Shown here in pieces: positions 39,420 to 53,559 of a DNA stretch of 64,000 nt. The DNA is from Octopus bimaculoides (Eukaryota). Made by a program: the position numbers and the translations under genes. Below the pieces are notes generated by a model that saw only the letters and a list, made by a program, of their open reading frames with translations, made no database searches and was not told where the DNA came from. Location of the stretch: positions 30,908,126 to 30,972,125 of the forward strand of contig NC_068984.1 in assembly GCF_001194135.2 (NCBI RefSeq), given 5' to 3'. Positions within the stretch are counted from its first letter, which is position 1. Every line of letters begins with the position of its first letter.

Positions 39420-39822
39420 TTAGGTTGTGTGGGAAGTAGCTTGCTTACGAACCACATGGCTCTGGGTTCAAACCCACTGCATGGCACCTTGGGCAAGTGT
39501 CTTCTACTATAGCCTTGGGCTGACCAAAGTCTTGTGAGTGGATTTGGTAGATGGAAACTAAAAGAAGCCCATCGTATATATGTATATGTATATATGTATG
39601 TGTGTGTGTATATGTTTGTGTGTCTGTGTTTGTCCCCCAACATCACTTGACAACTGATGCTGGTGTGTTTACATCCCCGTAACTTAGTGGTTTGGCAAAA
39701 GAGACGGATAGAATAAGTACTAGGCTTACAAAGAATAAGTCCTGGGGTCGATTTGCTCGACTAAAGGTGGGGCTCCAACATGGCCACAGTCAAATGACTG
39801 AAACAAGTAAAGGAGTAAAAGA
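39420..39822 (+). mobile_element. Full-length tRNA-headed SINE, family 2 (CORE-like), with an internal (TA)/(TG) microsatellite
   Basis: A/B-box-like head (GTGTGGGAAGTAGCTTG...GGGTTCAAACCC), CACCTTGGGCAAGTGTCTTCTACTATAGCC CORE-like block, TGACTGAAACAAGTAAAGG tail. Confidence 0.88.
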
Positions 39823-41019
39823 ATTAACAATTTTCAAGTGTCTTCTATTTGATGTTGCAATGCATGCCTTGCTATACATGTAACATTATTTCTTGCTTGG
39901 ATGTTTAAGAAGGTCTTGTAGGTATTGAATCTGGCCCCGAAGAGACCTTCTGTCACACTCACATACTTTTGCTTGCCACTCACTTCTTTGGAATCCTTTG
40001 ACACCACATCCATCTCATATTCTATAGTTTCTGTATTGCAATAACAGTTAAGCTGACATGTAATAGAAACTCTGCATGAGTAGCTTGAGGCTACTGAGTA
40101 ATAATTTGTTTATACTAGAAACGCAGCTAAAAGAGATCTGCAAGGTGTGTTTATTAAATAATTTCCTGTAAATATGAATATGGGGGAAGCACTTAGCAAC
40201 TAAAGCAAACCCTTACATAAACAAGTCCGTGCATTCAGGGAAAATGGAGTTATAAAAGCATATGACATTATGTACCAATTTTTCGTGGTAAGGTTAGGAT
40301 CAGGAATATACCTAATCTTATCCTTAAAAACACTGGCTGACAGAGTCTTGTTGTAGTATGCCTTGTGATGTTGAAAATTTTATTCAAAGATAAGCAGAAG
40401 ATTCTTTTGCTAACCCACTTGATTAGGTTCCTGAAATCTATGGCTACATGGCAGAAACCTATATTAATACATGTCATCCTCTTGTTCAATTTACAAATGG
40501 GTTTATAGGTACCAGTGTCTAAGTCTAATGTTACATACAGGAAATTACTTTCAGAATGGCATCTATTGTGACTTTGAGCTCAAGAGAAATAAGAGCATGG
40601 GTGAGATTTTTCCCTAAGTCTATGAAGTGTGCAACCTCTTAATTGGAACAAAGCATCATTTTTATAGAAGCCAAAGCTAGTTAAATGGAATTTCTTACTG
40701 TACAAGTCTAGAATAAACAGGCCTGTAAGGGCCACAAATATTAAATGCTGTCATCACTTTATCAAAGAGCATTCAAGATCAGTCTTCTTAACTGAGGTCA
40801 AAAACTAGTTGAAGACTAAAGTTTTCTTGGTGTACATGATGTCTATGTTCTTGTTGCAATTTTCATCACACCTTTATGCATGCATGTATGTATGTATGCA
40901 TGTATGTATGTATGTATCTATCTATCTATCTGTCTATACATATGTATACACATACTGATATACATATATACATACATATATATGTATATCTCCCACACAC
41001 AGCCCCTCGTTCCCGATCA

Positions 41020-41310
41020 CCGTTTGTTATCTCCCCCTTTCTTAGCTCTCCTGAAAAAAGAATTTCTAACTTCCGGTCAGTCATTGTTATGATCGGCCAT
41101 TATTATGATTGACCGTTGACTGAACACTATTCAATTTTTTTTCTCCGTGTTTTTCTCCTTGTCTCCGTATTCTTTCTGTTGAAGAGCGTAGCTCGAAACG
41201 TCAAAGACTTTCCGTATTCCCGAGCGTCATACTAATATATCCTTTTGTTATTTACACCACCTGTCCTCGTCTGTTGTTATTATTTGTATATTCTCCCCTA
41301 TATACATACA
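41020..41310 (+). repeat. PLE-terminus-derived repeat, family A (least decayed copy)
   Basis: TCTTTCTGTTGAAGAGCGTAGCTCGAAACGTCAAAGAC followed by the same downstream block as the copy at 4037. Confidence 0.78.
41171..41207 (+). ncRNA. Hammerhead-like motif with variant core (CUGUUGA)
   Basis: TCTTT-CTGTTGA-A-GAGC(GTA)GCTC-GAAA-C-GTC|AAAGA: stems I and II pair perfectly, but the core differs from CUGANGA. Confidence 0.55.
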
Positions 41311-41429
41311 NNNNNNNNNNNNNNNNNNNNNNNNNNNNNNNNNNNNNNNNNNNNNNNNNNNNNNNNNNNNNNNNNNNNNNNNNNNNNNNATACATACATG
41401 CATACATACATACATACATGCACACACAC

Positions 41430-41470
<41 letters not shown>

Positions 41471-41729
41471 GGTTTGGAGATGATGTACAGGCATTATATA
41501 TTAGAAAAAATAAGGTACTCAGAGATCTGGATGGTTATACATTTACAGATTTTTAATAATATGTCACGTTTTTATAAATCATATATTAGTGCTTGCATCT
41601 ACTCTAGTAGAATATTCAGAAGATTAATAAAAATCTCTAAATGTACAACCATATATATATCAAAGGATCAACAGTCCTTCCATAGCCATAAGCTCAAAAG
41701 GGCGGATGATTTCCCAGATTTCCTGACTG

Positions 41730-43900
41730 ATCAGGACTGCCCTAGTAAAAGATCATAAATTTTTTCGTGGCTTCTGAATTTCTTTTGTGACTCTGCAACT
41801 TCTTTGGGCTGATGTACTATTTTATGAAAGTACTGTGAGATTTAGTATGATTTAATAGTATTTTTGGTAGCATAGGAGATGCTGGAGATGGAATATTAGT
41901 AGCAGTAGTCATTGGGGAAATTGATGAAAATGACCTGTTAGAAACATTAAGAGAGAAAATCACATGATCAACGAGTGTCTTTATAGGGGATGGAGAAGTT
42001 GGTGATATTAACCTATTGATAACATTATCATGATTAACAGATGTGCTTGAAGAAGCATATTTGGGAGTTATTTGTTGAATTGATGCTGAGCTTTTTCATC
42101 TTCTAATTCCATCCAGGCTTTTTTTCTATCTGCATGAATCAGCCACCATGCATCTGTGGAAAATTTTAATGCATTGTTCTTGTAATGAACCATTTTCTAA
42201 TCTCATAAAAAAGGTTTACAGCTACTCATCATTGTCTGCCAAGTAATTTCTCAGCACGTAATTTCTTTATACCAGATGCACTATAATGGTTGAGAAAAGA
42301 CCTTTAGCATAAATCACACATTTTAATTGATGGACTCTAACCTTTCAATGCAAGACTTGATTATTTACATAGCTCTTTCTGCTGCATCATTAGCTTTTAT
42401 ACTACAAGTAGGACTTCTAACTTTCTTGTAACCAATTTGAATTAATTTGACCTTTAGTTGAATGAATTCTGGTCCATTGGTACCAGCGAGATTGGAGAAG
42501 CAAATCTAGAAAAGATGGAAAACAGGCATTTTGTTATGTTTTCCAAGAATTAGTGGGAACAGAAAACAACTTCAATTCATGGCTGAATTAATAGCAATCA
42601 AGATATTCTCAACATTTTATACACCTTTTTTTCTCCATGTATTATCTTTCTTAAGATCCTGATTCAAGTTACATATGAGATCTAGCAAAATCTTAATTTT
42701 ATCAAGAAAATATTTGTCTATCAAACACGAGTAGTTACTTTCTTCAGTGATCGCTGTACAACTACATGTACATGTCACAGAGAGTGTAAAGAAGTTTTGC
42801 AAAAGCTCTCTGTAATAAATAGCTTATTTTAAGAAAAGATAATGCCAATCTCTTCAATTATTTCAGAATGTATGAGGCAAACTGCTAATCTAAAGAATTG
42901 GTCTAAATCAGTTTTTTCAGCAAGCGAGTATAGAAGATGCATGTGTTGAAAAGATTTGTGATGTCTTCAACACTCTGAGAATCTAATGTGTATCATATTT
43001 CAATTTAGTAACAACATCAACATCACTGATTGTTTTCCAGACCTGTAAATAGTTTTGAGCTCATATTGCAATAATATGAGGATCCACCAAATGATTTACT
43101 GTGAAACTCACCTGGAGATATCAAGATACTTTGAAAAATGAATTGCAATGGCTGATGATCAGTATCCAGAGTGAAAGATTTTTCTCAAAGAAAATATTTC
43201 AATCTTTCAACACACCATACTTTCAATATTGTTAAAATTTACCTTTGAACTATCAAGTGTATGACCAATACATGCTTTGGACTTTCTATTTGGGACATTA
43301 TTCTTACTACTGAAAATTCAGGAGTGTCACACATGTGAGTGAATGTTGCAAAAGTCAGGTCATACCCTAAATGTTCTTTTGTTATCTAAAAGACCTTTCC
43401 TTCCTTCTTCCTCTGAGTAAAACATCCCTTTTTGTTAAAAGAGTAGGCTCAATTTTGCTTGCAAATTTTGATATAAGCTGATGATAACTGTTTATCAACA
43501 TCAAATATAACATGGTTCCTTCTTTCAAGTTAGAAACTCTAAACCATTGAATCTTATCTAACAGAATTTATGATAGTTTGATACTCTCTATTAAAATATC
43601 CATTCCTAGAATACTTAAACAAACATGATTATGGCCTTCATTTGAATTAATTGTTATTTCGTCCATTTCATTCATATGATTACTGCATTTTCTTGAATCT
43701 TTTATTCATCCTGGGTTGCTGCAAAGATGAATATATCATTCTGATAGATAATTACACCAACAATTCCCTTCATTATTACTTTCTGACAACGCTGGAAAAT
43801 AGAGCTGCTCATTGGGAAACTAATATGATGTCTATTGATTAGACGGCATATTAGACACTGCTTGTACTTATTGCATGCAATCTCATGGTTTTTTTCATTC
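41730..43900 (-). mobile_element. Degenerate hAT(m)-like transposase remnant
   Basis: IKANDAAERAM at ~42364-42402 matches the VVNDxAERGV motif; the ~2 kb region is coding-like but stop-riddled; termini not identified. Confidence 0.5.
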
Positions 43901-46848
43901 AAATCAATCTAGAAGTATGAATTCTTGAAATTAATTGAGAAAAACGATTTTGCAGTTTGCATATCAGTGAACATAGCTTCAAGATTGGTAGTTAGAAGAG
44001 AAAAAGTTTAAATTTTGACATTTAAATGTATTTTGTAATCAGTGCACATTCTTAATATACCATCTTTATTTTACATTCAAACAATTAGTAGTTTATGTTG
44101 AATCTTCATATGGACATAAAGTAATAATTTCTGTCTTTTTAGAGTTTGAAGTTCATTCTCAACATTGTTTATGTGTACTGGAACTGGGTGCACTGAATAA
44201 ATTTCACTTTCAATTGTATTTGATTCTTAAATGTCCGCACTATATTATTCTATTGATGGTTAGTACTTAGAAACATAGTAACATTACATATGTTTCAGAA
44301 TGTCTGCTCAGGTTAAATCGAAGTTACAAAGTCTATTAACCATAATAAAATGAAATGCTTTGTCTTTGACTTATGCCAAACCTCTCCCAGCTGAGGGGTC
44401 TTCATCTTGCAAGTTACTTGGTGACCCCACTGGTTTTGGTGCCATGTAAAACGCAACAGTGCTGGTGTCACAAACAAAATGCACCCAATAAAGTGGTTGG
44501 CATTTGGAAGGTCATCTATAGCTGTAGAAACCATTCCAAAGCTGACAATGGACCTTGGTGCAGCTCTCCAGCTTGCCTAGTTCCTGTCAAACCATCCAAC
44601 CCATGCCAGCATGGAAGATGGACATTAGATGAAGATAATGATAATAACAATAATGACAACGAAACTATTTAGAACTCGTGTCTTTAATGTCAATATTATG
44701 GAAAATCTTATTCTGGTACCAGGGTTTTTGACTGAAAGAGCCAAATTATATTACTATTAAAACATTTCTACTTATATGAAAAACCTAGAAGAATGTAATT
44801 AACTGCAATTATTGCAATGTTTAAACTGGCTTCAGTCCTTGCTAGTAGTGTAACATAAGTCTTTATTAGATTCAAAAGCACTTGTCTGAGCACAATTTTA
44901 CAAGCACTGACTCAGGCTGATTCTTTTTTATTACAGTGAATTTAAAAAAGGATTCATATGTTGAGACTTAGCAGGAATTTATTAGCTGGGCCTCCTTGCT
45001 TTCGCTTCAGGCTAAAGAATTTGAACCAGTCTTAGGATAATGTGTGATTCTTTACATTTAGTTGTTTTCTTGACTGCATATCTTAAATCTTCAAATAGAT
45101 AATTTTGAATTGTCTTAGGATATAGGATGTCTTTTATTTTCATATTTGCAATTATGTCACACAATACAAAGAATTTTTATCTTAGCTAATTTATTCTCAG
45201 TATCATCGTTGAGCAATCTTGTGTTAATTTGTATTTGCTACGAAGTATCTTCTACTTCAGAGTTATCAAGATTTAAGTGTTTATTAGATTATGTCTTATA
45301 ATTGTCAACTGATAAGTAGAGTTGCAAATTATTTATTGTTATGTTTAGAATAATTAAATAAGTGTACAATTGTGAAGAAGTTCAAGTCTTCCAGCATCTG
45401 TTATGACTGTGGTTCACCAATGTTAACCAAGCAGCACACCAAAAAATTAAACTTGAAATGGAAATGGTAAGCAAGTTTCATTCATGCCCCACAATTATTG
45501 TGCAAGCATACACATTAATAATAGAATAAACAATTATTTAGAAGACTGTAAACATAACAATATTTATGGCATCACTCTTTATTTTACTCTGTGAAATGGA
45601 CTTCTGCATCTCTCTTATATATTTATCTACACATATTTACGCACACTGACTTATACACTGATTATACAGATACATGCACATATATAAATAATTTCATAAA
45701 CAATCTGTCATACATACACTGATATATACATAAATAATATATCTATTTGTATAGCAACTCAAACTGGCACCCATATGAATTTACATGAGCAAAAATATTC
45801 CCATTCACTTATACAAACTTATTAAAACTTGCAAGCATGGACTCACAATTGCATATATCACATACACACAAACACACGCAAATACACAGACATAGAAACG
45901 TTTATAGAGATTTATATATAACTTATTATTGGGATTGAAATGTAAATACGGCATTGACAAATCAATGCTACATCTTGCTATAATTCATGACTTATTACTT
46001 CATAAATATATTTGTGAGGTTATATAAGGTTCTTTTATTCATTATAAAATCTCTGGCATTCTGTGAGTTATATATCATTTCTCCTTTTATTATGGCAACA
46101 CTGTTTCTTAATGGTTTGCTGTTAATCTCTTTAAATTTTCGTATTTTTCCTCCTTCTTCAACAGAAATACATCTCAGGAATAATTCATCTCAAAACTTCA
46201 GTTTAAAATTAATCTTGAGACCAGTTAATACAATAAAAGAAAAGAAAAGAAAAATCCTATTGTTCTTAAATACCCAGCACATTTGTGCATAGTGAACATT
46301 GTAACATAGTGGTAAATAACCCTTTTTCTGTCACATAAGTTTTATTCCCAGTTAAGCAATTTCCCTTCAGTTACACTTCATGCATGTATGGAATACTGCT
46401 GTCTTGTCAGAGAAGGTTCTTGCAGTCTTATTTCTCTGAACTCATGATGACTTCCACAAAAGGTGCTTTCTTCGACGGTGACCAGATGATGCCCTAAAGG
46501 TTATGTGATGATTTTAATTCATTTTGTAATCATGTCTGGAATTGAAATTTACCTGTTTTATTGCACATGTATATTTTCAATTCATTTTCATTTAGAAAAA
46601 CAGTTTACTGTGTGAGGTGGTTGGCATTAAGAAGGGTATCAAATTTGGGTCAGTTGAATCATATGGCACTGTTCTTGTTTTTGAGATGCTCAAAATGTTT
46701 AATTCCTACAAATATTCACCTGATAGAAACAATTTCTTTTCTATGATGCAACACTTCTGTTCATCAATAAAAAACACAGCTGAAACAGCCATAGTGAACC
46801 ACAATCTCTCTGTTGTTATTTACATGAGTCAAGCAATCTGACTCAGTA

Positions 46849-47055
46849 GGCTCCTTTGATGTAGTGATGAGGGGCTACAATCGCGCTGATGTATGTAACC
46901 TCATCAGGTTGTATATACTCACTGACCTTAAGAATAAGTTTCCCTCTGTCCTCTTTAGTCACTACAGAAATGACACCCTTACCATTTATTGAGGAATCAA
47001 CGGGCACACCCTAAGTAGGCTTAGGAAAGATCTGATTCACACCCTTGGCTCTATG
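46849..47055 (+). mobile_element. Penelope-like element RT fragment
   Basis: GSFDVVMRGYNRADVCNLIRLYILTDLKNKF...HYRNDTL...RLRKDLI, matching PLE FDV.MGSYDGAEVCELVGLYIL...LYRDDGL. Confidence 0.85.
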
Positions 47056-50000
47056 GTGTGTATAAATCCTGAGGGATTTATACACATTTACTTGCAGAGA
47101 AAACATGTGAGGTTAGCCCCAGCAAGGAAGTCACTGTAGTTTGTAACAGGTCTTTGTACATGGTTTCTCTGGTGGCTCACTAGACCTGCATGAGACACAC
47201 ATACATACATACATACATACATACATACATACATACATACATACATGCATACATACATACATTTGAATGACTCAAATGATTAGAAGACTACAGTTCCAAG
47301 TCAGAACTGGAACTGTGAAATCTGTAAAACTTTCCAGACATTTATTATCTAAGTATATATGAACATGTCTAGATATGCAAGTATATGCATTAGAAGACCC
47401 ACATAAAACAAAACATACAAATTTGCATGTATACATACATATAAAAATACCCTGTTGTTGATGTTGAAATTCCAATGAAGGAGCCTTGGATCTAGGTTAG
47501 AAACTGGCTCTTTCTCTATTAGCAAGAAATCTCGAAATAAATTGAATAATGCCTCACATACATATACATGCATGAGTATTTCATTGTATATATATATGCA
47601 TGTATATGTGTGTTTGTGTGTGTAAAACAGAGAGATGAAAGAAGAAATAGAATAGCGTTAATGAAATGCACTATTGACAATGCAATATTGATAGAAAGAG
47701 AAAACAGAAATTGAATCTAAAAATGGTTACTGATGACCCATGTTACAAAGGTCAAACAGCCCTTTATAGTAGACCCACATGCCCTAAAACTCATCCAAAA
47801 AATAAACAGTTGAAATTTACTCGAAGGGTTATAAATCTCATAAACAACTAATGTTCATCTGATTGATAGAATTGTGTTAATGACTTTGTAGTAGAAATGC
47901 ACTAGGATTGTTGATATCTCACAAAACATTTGAAAACTCAATATAAAATTCTTGTATTTTTCTTAAATGACTGAAAGGGCATTTGTATTATGTAAACAGA
48001 ATATGGTATTTACAGAAAGGTGTTGTTTCCTTCATACTGTCTCTCTGATGTAAATAAAAGAAAATACCTTTAAAGAAGAATTGAAGCTCATTCTTTGGAA
48101 TTCACCTCCATAGTGACATTTTAACATTCAGCATTAAATGGAAATAGCATGTTTGTGCATGAGTGTATGTGTGTGCGTGCGTGTGTGCAAATGTGCATGT
48201 ATATGCATACATGCGTGCTTGTGTGTGCCTGTGCATGTCTGTCTGTGCAAGCATGTGCATGGGTTTGTGCATGTATGTGTGTGTGTGCAAGTGTGTGAGT
48301 GCATTTATGCATGTGTTTGTGTGTATATACATGTGTTTGAGGCTTCTGATGAATTTTCTCATTGGCAATAAACTATCAACAACTTCCAGTTAGAATCAAC
48401 AGACATAACTATTTTGTTATTCCAGTGTTTTGGAAATGTATGAACATCTAGATTTTCATTCTTAGGCAATGTCTGCTAAATTATTTTCTAGCTCTTCCTC
48501 TAGGGAATTTGTGTGAAATTCTTCATCATCATTCCTTAATGTAATCAACATCATCATCCTTTAGCATCCACTTTTCCATAATTTTATGAATCAAACAGAG
48601 TTTATTTGAGGCAGATATTCCTCTGCCAGATGCCCTTCCTGTTGTCAGCTCTCCCCTGCTTCCAAGCAATATATTTCCCTATGAGCACATATGTTCTTGC
48701 AGAATATTGGAAAATAAATGACACTATAACTTCTAACAACTAACCAGCTGTCACATGCTGTGAAAACAAGGAGACACAAACATACACACAGACACACACA
48801 CTCACATACATGCATATAAACAAAAGTATATATAAGTTTAAGTTTCTGTCTGTAAAAATCCACTCACAAGCAAGGCTTCCTGGTCAACCTTGTGCAATTG
48901 CTAAAAGTGCAACCCAGTGAGACTGAACCTGGTACTATGTGGCTAAGAAGCAAACTTCTTACCACACAGCCATGCCTGCATGTACAGAATATAAAACGAA
49001 TAAGTTTAGTGTCATATGGTATCACAATTAGAAACCAAATAGCTTTCTTTGGCTTTGAATCCAGAATAAGAACTGCTTATTCAATTTTTGTATTTTTTTC
49101 TGTATTATTTTTTTTTTGTATCATTAATTTTTGTATTATTAACCAGTGTATGTGTGTGTGTGTGCGCACTTTTGCATGTACGTGTGTGTGTGTGTGGTTC
49201 TTATTAGTAGTAGTTTAAATTTTCACTGTATCAAATAAACCCTTTAGGTATTAAAAATGGCTTGTTATCATTTTATTGTCATACTGATTAACCTTATCAT
49301 ACTAATTTATCAGGAAAATGAAGATAACAGAAGAGAGAAAGAGAGATAGAGATGAAGCAGGGAGAAGTTATGAAACTGTAAGTTTAACTGAATTAAAACT
49401 GATAGCATGAAGAAATTATCATGCATATTAAAGTGCTGAGGCCAGGATAAATGCAACAATTTTTTGCTTTAATGTGTTACTAATTAGGCATTTTAATGCA
49501 TACATTCATACACACATATCCATTTATCTGTCTGTCTGTCTGCCTGCCTGCCTGCCTGTGTGTCTGTTCATCTATACATCTTGCTAGCTAGTTACCTATC
49601 ATTTTTTGATAAAATAATGTACCAGTTAAGTATTGAGATCAATAGTAACAATTGAACTTCTCCCCTCAAAAATTTATGTGCATATGCCTAAATTAATTAA
49701 CCATTATTTGTGAAAGCATAACAGTCTTCACAAAAATGAACTCATCTGTACAATTACGATTATAAATTGATTCTTATAATTAGATCTTACCTGTAATCTA
49801 TGATGTTTGGAGAGAGTCATTATTGCATGAGGAGTATCAGAAAGTTAAGTATTCAAGAATACTTAAATACTTAACCTATAGAAAAGAAATATTACCTATA
49901 ACCTTTCAGGACCTATTAGATAGAGAAGGAAAAAGAAACTGTAAGAAACTGTAAGAAAGGATTGTTCATGATATTTAATATACATTTTTGGTGGGAGAGA

Positions 50001-50191
50001 AACCTCAATAGAGATACCAAGAGGAGCAAAAGTAAAGGGCTGTTTAAATAGATGGTGCAATAAAACTTTAACATCCAACATATATTTCTATTCTCATACT
50101 TCGCTTTATACTTCCTGTAGCTCTCTATTTCTAAAATAACCCCTTACATAATGAAATCTACTATTTTCTTCTATAGAAACTCTCTCACATT

Positions 50192-50239
50192 GTCTCTGAT
50201 GATGGGATATCCTTTATATCCATGAAACAGGTGTAAGAC
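50192..50239 (+). ncRNA. Type I hammerhead ribozyme motif (PLE-type, minimal stem III)
   Basis: GTCT-CTGATGA-TG-GGATAT(CCTTT)ATATCC-AT-GAAA-C(AGGT)G-TA|AGAC: intact CUGAUGA and GAAA cores, GUA triplet, stem I GTCT/AGAC; two mismatches at the base of stem II. Confidence 0.72.
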
Positions 50240-50312
50240 TACGTTTCTCTTTATAAATGTCCTAGAAATATCATGCTACATTGACCTTGTTATATCATTT
50301 TATTTAATATGA

Positions 50313-50359
<47 letters not shown>

Positions 50360-51157
50360 CAAATAATGTTAGGGGATAAATGCACCATGGAATCTGTGTT
50401 AGACTAACCAAGAAATAAATTATTAGATTCAGTTGATAAAAGTGTGTATCTTGACAGATGCAAAGCCATGAACAGAAAATTTCCGTGGGAGATTTGCAAG
50501 TGATAATAAAGTTCTCTTAGTTTGAGACCATAATATATATGTAATAGCATCGACCCAATGCATTACTGGCAGTTGTTCTACCAATTATAGAAGGATGACA
50601 GGGAGGTGGTAAAACAAAACAAAGAGGGAACTATAAGTAGAATAATAAGCATTCTAGCACTTGTTTAATTATAACCGCATAATTAAAATGATAAGAACAA
50701 TGAAGATTTAATATTCATTATTGTTTACTTTTTACATTAGATATAATTCATTTGTTTATATTATCTTTGTTTACTTTAGTTCCTCTTCTTTTTTAAAAGA
50801 AATTGTAAAAAAACAAAAGAGTAGAAAATAACTTGAAGCTAGTAGTTCCAGTATGATAGAAAGTTTAACTTGAATTGAGTTCTTCACAAAAGAAAAAGTA
50901 AAAGCAGTGATGAAAGAAAGGGAACTGTAAAACAACAGTAACTAAAGAAATGATCCAATTCACAGATTTCATTCAACAGGAAATTGGCCATGCAACAAAA
51001 GGAAATTAAGATTAATTGATTTGTCTGGTGGGGGTTTGGAATGTTCTATTGACTATTGACTATTGCGTTTCTATGTATGACAACAAACATATATACTCTT
51101 ACAGTGTACTCACACAAAAATGCATACATACACACATACATGCATATGTATATACCA

Positions 51158-51210
<53 letters not shown>

Positions 51211-51964
51211 GTGTGTGTGTCATAATAATAATAAACACAGAAGTAAAACAAAATAATAATTTAAAGAGGAGACTCTCAACTAAGCAATATATAAATTTAG
51301 ACAACCTAAACATGTGATGGAAAAGCAGGAAAATTAATGCACTATCTAAAAACAACCATCTTACAGAGTGCATCTACTGGGTGCATTTTGCAGTAGCCCT
51401 AGTATCACTGAGATTTCCTTGTTCCTCATGAAATCAAAGATTCCTCTCAGTTCCAAATTGTATCCATTTTTTCCGCAAATGGATACAATTTAGATACAAA
51501 GAGGGTCAAATGTAAATGCATATAATGAACCTTAGAATTCATTCAAATTATCATTTTACCATTTTCTTCTAACACACATTTTATGTTCATGCAAGTAGAG
51601 AAATCACCAGCATTTCATAAATTGATTTACATTAGCATATTTTAAATACGTATCTGTATATAAAGTATGTGTATACACAACCACACAAGTATTTATATAA
51701 GATGAAAATGCACTTAAACTCCTTTCCTTTTATTTTCTTTTTCCAAAATAGTTATGTTAGCATGAATTGATGCTACTATAAATATTGCTATTTAGATGCA
51801 ATTTTGTATTTCTTAATAAATACACTTTCTTTATTCTTCTGTTTTTGATCAGTAATATTGTCAGTCAATTCATGCAATGACAAAATTTGATATTTTGGAA
51901 TTTATTTGCTGCACATAAACCCAAATGTTCAATACACAAGAATTTTCTGAGTGCTAGCAAATAC

Positions 51965-52184
51965 TACGAGGGGGTGATGGAAAGGTCCTGGCTTTGGGTA
52001 AAAAAAAATACCCTAGGATCAGTTAATTAGGATTTTATTGAACATATTCTCCTCTCAGATTCACACACTTATTGCAGTGGTCCTTCAATTTTTATAAGCC
52101 CTGTAAAAGAACCCAGAAGTTTGAGCCTCCAAGCAGGCCTTTAATGATACCCTTAACGCCAGGGACTTTCAGTACACCCTTGTA
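51965..52184. mobile_element. Mariner-type MITE (~220 bp)
   Basis: TACGAGGGGGTGATGGAAAGGTCCTGGC ... GCCAGGGACTTTCAGTACACCCTTGTA inverted termini with TA at both ends; no ORF. Confidence 0.75.
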
Positions 52185-53559
52185 TCTATGGGGCATTTGC
52201 CAATACTCAATTTCCTCTTTTTTGACAATATACAGATATTCTTTCTTTCAAAACTAATTTTGTTTGTTCCATGTATTTTTTTGTTAAATCCATTATATTG
52301 TCTTTTGCATTCTATTAAATTTTAGCTAAGATTGCCCTTTTCATTCTTAGATCTATCCTAAATAATGGTACTCTATGCTGAAAATAATTGTGTATTTTGT
52401 AGTATTGGGATTGTGTGTTTATAATTGTCCACTTTTGATGCCCACATTGGTTGGATAAAATTTAATTTGGCAGTTTTCTACGTCCAGATGCCCTTCCTTT
52501 CACCGAATTTCATCTGTTTCCAAGTAAGGTAATATATTCCCAAGACCAGACATACTTTATGGAAGACTGGAAAGGGACACCGCTGTATGGTGGTAAGATT
52601 CATTTAACACTATTGGACATTGTCAAGACAAGGAAACACAAAATCACACAACTCCCACCACTATCACCACACACACATACATTCATACATATACACTAGC
52701 ACACACATAGATACACACATAAACACACTCCAACATGCATTCACACACATACACATATACGTACATGCACACACATGCATACACACACCCATACATGCAC
52801 ACACATACATACACAAACTTATTAATGCAAACATGCACACAAATACACACACATATGATGAGTTACATTCAGTTGCCATCTACCAAATCCACTCTCAGAA
52901 CTTTAGTTAGCCCAGGGCTATAGTAGAAAACATTTCCCCAAGGTGTCACACAGGGGTACTGAACTCAGAAATATGTTGTTGGAAAGCAAACTCCATAGCC
53001 ACACCACCATACCTGCACCTGTTGACATCTAAAATATAGCTTTTGAAATTATCTTAGATGTATTTAATTCTTCACAATCCCAAAATATCTATTGCTTTAA
53101 CACATTCTATTTCATTATCAATTAATGTTGCTAGTACTGTCTTGCAGATAATGTTTTCATTAATTCTTTAATATTTTCTTTAATTCTTATCCAGAATTTT
53201 TAAAAGGAATGCAAATGTGCACATTCTTCATTCTAAAATAAGTAGCATATTTGTTCTTTATATTTTGAATATTTTGTATAGCAAAATGTGAACAAAAATA
53301 TTGTTTGGAGTTTATTGGTTGGTTATAGACATTAATTCTCATGTTCTTGATTGTTGTAATGACTAAGAGGTAATTATTTTTTAGCATAATTAAATTTTAT
53401 AAGCTGAATTATTAATTAAAATTTTGAACCCAATAAGTTAAAGGTGTGTGTTTACCTGCTGCTTAAGGCAATCGATAAAGTATAAACACACAAATATATA
53501 CACCTCTCTCTCTCCCACTTTATATATATATATATATAGACAGAAGAGGGAATATATAT

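Noticed and set aside
39420-39490. tRNA-like A/B boxes
   Set aside because: SINE heads without a cloverleaf or acceptor stem; not tRNA genes.
45360-45468. Plus-strand segment YNCEEVQVFQHLL*LWFTNVNQAAHQKIKLEMEM|GTAAG with an in-frame TGA (selenocysteine or edited-stop idea)
   Set aside because: No good acceptor in frame, no SECIS seen, no homology recognised; consistent with chance.
46440-46520. ATGATGA...TGATGA boxes suggesting a C/D snoRNA
   Set aside because: No terminal CTGA D box or closing stem at a suitable distance.
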